Shown here piece by piece: positions 55,007 through 64,000 of a stretch of DNA of 64,000 bases (positions are counted from its first letter, which is position 1; each line of letters begins with the position of its first letter). The position numbers and the translations under genes were made by a program. The notes under the pieces were generated by a model. It worked only from the letters and a program-made list of their open reading frames with translations. It had not been told where the DNA came from and made no database searches. The stretch is from the human T2T-CHM13v2.0 reference genome, Homo sapiens. The stretch lies in NCBI RefSeq assembly GCF_009914755.1, contig NC_060925.1, one strand, 5' to 3'.

Positions 55007-56834
55007 AAAAGAGAATTTTAATAAAAATGAAAATGAGGACAGACTCTCCAGGCACTGAGATTTTGCCAGGGCAGCTTCTTTGGCACCAGAAGGTTGCCCC
55101 ATCCAGCTCCGAGGTATTGCCAAGGAGAGGCGGCAATGGGACCACAAGGTTGGGGAAGTCTCTGCTAGGCTGGCTCAGACCCAGCCACACAGAGTTGGAA
55201 AGCAGGAGCAAGAAGCAGCACAAGAGATGGGGTGAGGGTGCTGGAAAGTGCCCTGGGCCTGGGACCCAAAACCCAAGTTTGCAGCCAACTGTCTACTTCC
55301 AGGTTCAAAGGCTTGGTTTCCTTCTGGAATGATCAAACATGCCTCTCAGGACTGTTGTGAAAATTACATGATTTTGTGCATACTAAGGCTGCATAAACTG
55401 TAAGGTGCATTACAGGTTGAATATGCAGAACTGCTTCCCTCATGGCTGTGAGTGTATTTCTACAGAATTGCTCCTTTGTTTTCCTCTACTCATCTTTGGC
55501 TTTGCTTGCAAGAGTGGCACAAATTTGAATTTGAGAATAAATTTGTTCTAGGACTCTGACTTTCAGGTAAGGGTCAACACTTCTCCCATGAACTGCCACA
55601 TAGAAACAAACTCCTTTCCTGGAGTAAGGAAGGAACAGAGCTGGGTAGGACAGGAAATTAGAAGTAAGAGAGACAAATTAGAACCATCATAAACCTTCTG
55701 GCATAGGCCATTTGGAAGGAGCCAGAAGAAGTGAGATGAGTAAATGAGAGCACATGGGATGCTGGCAGGTGGATAAACAGATGGGCCATCTGCCAGAGTG
55801 TTCTGGACAAGTACAGGTTGTTGTTCCATCAGACACTGAACAAGTGCCAGAGATTATAGCCCAAGATGGACCTGTTTTACACATCATGGAGCTCAGGGTC
55901 CCTCGCTTGTGTGAACAATCTAAATGATAAAGAGCCAGGTTACTTCTTTCTCCTCATCGGTACATTTCAAGGGAAATCCACGCCATCTGTTTCTGCCTTG
56001 TTGACTCTACAGCCATAGCACTGCTTTAGGGAAATGTGGATGCCATACAAATAACTGCATAAGCATTTTAGCGCGTAAATTAAATATGTTTTAGGTCTTT
56101 AGGGAGGGGGGTGTTTGGATTTAAAAAAAAAAAAAACAAAACAAAAGAATATCTGGTTTCTCTTGGAGAAAGCAATCCAAGTGATAAAAGACAACAGGCC
56201 AAATAGGTTCCAAGCATGGTAGGAGGGCTTCTCTAATCTTCTGAACTTCTCACATGAAGGACATGAAGGAAACTGGGTGAAAGAGTGCTGGTATTATCAT
56301 TTCAGGACAGTATCTGAGCCACATGACACCATCTGTCCCACTGAGCAGTGTAGATGGAGTATGAATGATCAGTTCCACATTTGTCTTACTGATCATTTAA
56401 TCTCTCCAAAGGCAGCAGCAATGATGGGGGCTACGACTCTGGTTTCATTTTGATCAAAAGAAAAAACAGGTAAAGAATGCAGAAGTGGCAAGCAAATTAA
56501 GAAAAGTAAGCCTTACCGCCTGAGAGTTTATAGTAGCAAAAGAAAACAAAAGCAGGCAAATATTTCCCCCATTAGATTACAAGACAGCAAGTAGTTGATC
56601 TTGTTCATTGCTTTTTCTCCAATTCCTCACACACCTGATATAGAAAAGGCACTCAATTTATTTACTGATGGGCCTACAAGTTTCCTAAGCTCTAGAAGAG
56701 AAATTTAAGAGAAATAATGGATAAGGTTTTATACTGAAAATGTATTTTTAAAAGTTAGTTTTCAAAAATGGGAAACAGAAATTCTGATTATACAATCTAT
56801 AATAATAAAAAAAGAAAAGTGGAAGAGGGAAACA

Positions 56835-57310
56835 TATCCATTTAGATGCATTTCGCTGTAAATCACATAAAGACTAGCTAACAATGACTTAAACCAAAGG
56901 AGATTTATAATTTGCATAAGACGTCTGCAGGTGACTGATGCCAGGGTTGGCTCACAAGCTCCACACAAGGACACTGGGTTGGTGTATGTGTGATTCTTTT
57001 GAGCCTGACTTAATATCATAAGATGGTTTTCATAGCTCCAAATATCACATCCTCACACAATCAAAGGCAGGAAGCAGGGAACTGGCCAGATCAGCACAAG
57101 GGAGAAACCTTCTGTGATCCTCCTTCACTGTGCTGAAGATAAAATACCTTTCCCAGAAGTCAACCAGCAGAAGTCCCCTTAAGCTTTGTTGACTAGAGAA
57201 AGGTCACATAGCTATCCCTAGCTTCAAGAGAGTCTGAATTTTCCTGCCTGTATAATGAGAGCAAACAAGATTGGTGGAGGTTGGGAATGGATCGTGCATA
57301 ACTAACCAGT
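56835..57310. mobile_element. MLT1J-like LTR
   Basis: GACTTAAACCAAAGG...AGCTCCAAATATCACATCCTCAC...TTCCCAGAAGTCAACCAGCAGA...GGTCACATAG. Confidence 0.6.
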
Positions 57311-59507
57311 ACTCCTTGTCTCACACATACACAAACCAATACAGCTTCACCAGGCTCTCTGAAGAGATCAAACTTTAAAAGAACCATGCAGATAATAAAC
57401 ACCACTATGAGAAGTGGAGAAGTTTCCATATGAACAGCAGTTGAGCATGGGTCAGTTGGTCCCGATGGACAGGCAGGTCCCATTCTGAAGGGATAAGGGA
57501 TGGGCTCTGTTGCCCTCAGTCAGGACAATAACAAGCAATAAGAAATCACTGGAGGTACAAAACTCATTAGTTATAGTAAGTACACAGACAAATAAGATAC
57601 TCTTAACACTGTAATTGTGGTATGTAAACCACTCATATCTTGAGGAGGAAGACTAAAACACAAACCTGTCAAAAATAATAACTACAACAACTTTTTAAAA
57701 GTTAGAAGTATAAAAAATATAAACAGAAGCAACAAAAAATTTAAAAGTGGAGTGGTGGAGTTAAAGCGTACAGTTTTTATTAGTTTTCTCTTAGCTTATT
57801 TGTTTGCTTGTTGTTGTTTGCAATCAGAATTATGTTGTCATCAGTTTAAAATAACAGATTATATGATGTTATTTGCAAGTCTCATGAGAACCTCAAATCC
57901 AAAAATCAAAACAGATACACAAAAAATAAAAAGTACGAAATTAAAACATACCACCAGACAAAATCATTTTACTCAAAGGAAGACAGAAAGGAAAGAAGGA
58001 AGAAAAGACCACAAAACAATAAGAAAACAAATAACAAAATGGTAGCAGAAAGTCCTTATTTATCAATAATAAAATTGAATGTAAATAGACTAGACTCTCC
58101 AATAAAAAGACACAGAGTGGCTGAATGGATTTTAAAAAAAACAAGACCCAGCCTCGTGCTGCCTACAAGAAGACATTTCACCTACAAAGACACACACAGG
58201 GGGAAAATAAAAGGATGGAAAAAGATATTCCACGCAAATGGAAACCAAAAAAGCGCAGGAGTAGCTACACTTATATCAGACAAAATAGATTTTAAGACAG
58301 AAACTATAAAAAGAGACAAAGAAGGTCATTATATAATGATAAAGGGATGAATTCAGCAAGAGGATAAAGTAATAATTATTAATGTATATGCACTCAACCC
58401 TGGAGCACCCAGATATATAAAGCAAATATTATTAGAGCTAAAGAGAGAAATTAACCCTAAAGAGATAAATCCTAAATAGCTAAAGAGAGTGCTAATATTA
58501 ATAATAGCTGGGGAAACTGGGGACCTCAACTCCCTACTTTTAGCATTGGAAAGATCATCCAAATGGAAAATCATCAAAGAAGCATGAGACTTAATTTGCA
58601 CTATAGACCAAATGAACCTAATATATATTTACAAAACATTTCATCCAATACCGGCAGAATATATGTTTTTCTCCTCAGCACATGGATCATTCTCAAGGAC
58701 AGACCATATATTAGGCTGCAAAACAAGTCTTAAAAATGTCAAAAAAATTGAAATCACATCAAATATCTTCTCTGATAACAGTGGAATAAAACTACAAATC
58801 AATAACAAGAGGAACTTTGGAAATGATACAAACACATAGAAATTAAACAACATGCTCCTTAATGACCAGTGGGTCAATGAAGAAATTAAGAAGAAAATTC
58901 AAAAATTTCTTTAAACAAATGCAAATGAAAACACACACAAAAAAAAACCTGTGGGATACAGCAAAGGCAATACTAAGAGGAAAGATTATAGCAATAAGCG
59001 CCTACATCAAAAAAGTAGAAAAACTTCAAATAAACAACCTAATGATGCATCTGAAAGACCTAGAAAAGCAAGAATTAATCAAACCCACAATCAGTAGAAA
59101 ACAGAAATAATAAAGATCCGAGCAGAAATAAATGAAATTAAAGCAAAGAAAAAGACAATATGAAAGATCAACAAAACAAAAAGTTGGTTTTATGAAAAGG
59201 TAAACAAAATTGACAAACCTTTAGCTGGACTAAGAAAAAAGAGGGAATGCCAAAGTAAAATCAGAGAAGAAAAATGAGACATTACAACAACACCACAGAA
59301 ATTCAAGGGATCATTAGAGACTATGAGCAACAATATGCCAAGAAATTGGAAAACCTAGAAGAAATGGATAAATGCCTAGACACATACAACCTACCAAAAT
59401 TGAACCATGAAGAAATACAAAACCCAAATAGACCAACAACAAGAAATGAGATCAAAGATGTAATAAAAGTTTCCCATCAAAGAAAAGCCTAGGACCTCAT
59501 GGCTTCA

Positions 59508-62077
<2,570 letters not shown>

Positions 62078-62125
62078 TTATTTGGCTCGTTAGTTGATGC
62101 AGTTTCTTCCTAGCCTCGATGGTCT

Positions 62126-63677
<1,552 letters not shown>

Positions 63678-64000
63678 ACAATGAGAACACATGGACACAG
63701 GAAGGGAAACATCACACTCTGGGGACTGTTGTTGGGTTGGGGGAGGGGGGAGGGATAGCATTAGGAGATATACCTAATGCTAAATGATGAGTTAATGGGT
63801 GCAGCACACCAGCATGGCACATGTATACATATGTAACTAACCTGCACATTGTGCACATGTACCCTAAAACTTAAAGTATAATAATAATAAAATTTAAAAA
63901 AAAAGAAAAGCAAACACCAATCCTATTCAAAGTATTCCAAAAACTAGAAGAGGAAGGAATACTTCCAAACACATTCTACAAGGCCAATATTATCCTGATA

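Overview
Primate, most likely human, AT-rich and CpG-poor intronic or intergenic DNA. It is dominated by interspersed repeats: Alu/FLAM, L1 of several ages, L2, MIR, MaLR/ERVL/ERV1 LTRs and hAT MER elements. I found no supportable host protein-coding exon, RNA gene, CpG island or CRISPR array. Every long ORF is a disrupted L1 ORF1/ORF2 piece or a chance frame. I see no evidence for a new multi-gene system. The most notable signals are structural: (1) a perfect 45-bp inverted repeat in apparently unique DNA (22476-22583); (2) an inverted-plus-direct templated copy of a nearby L2/MIR segment joined by 4-bp microhomology (33591-33909, donor 34776-34995); (3) an old ~215-bp dispersed duplication (24729-24954 vs 26989-27200); (4) a twin-primed L1PA with a 2.8-kb inversion and 19-bp TSD; (5) an AluY nested in inverted orientation inside another Alu; (6) a deeply nested L1MB stack; (7) an ERV-L dUTPase-PPT-LTR16 fossil. 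Subfamily names come from recalled consensus sequences and need RepeatMasker/Dfam confirmation. Boundaries of old repeats are approximate.
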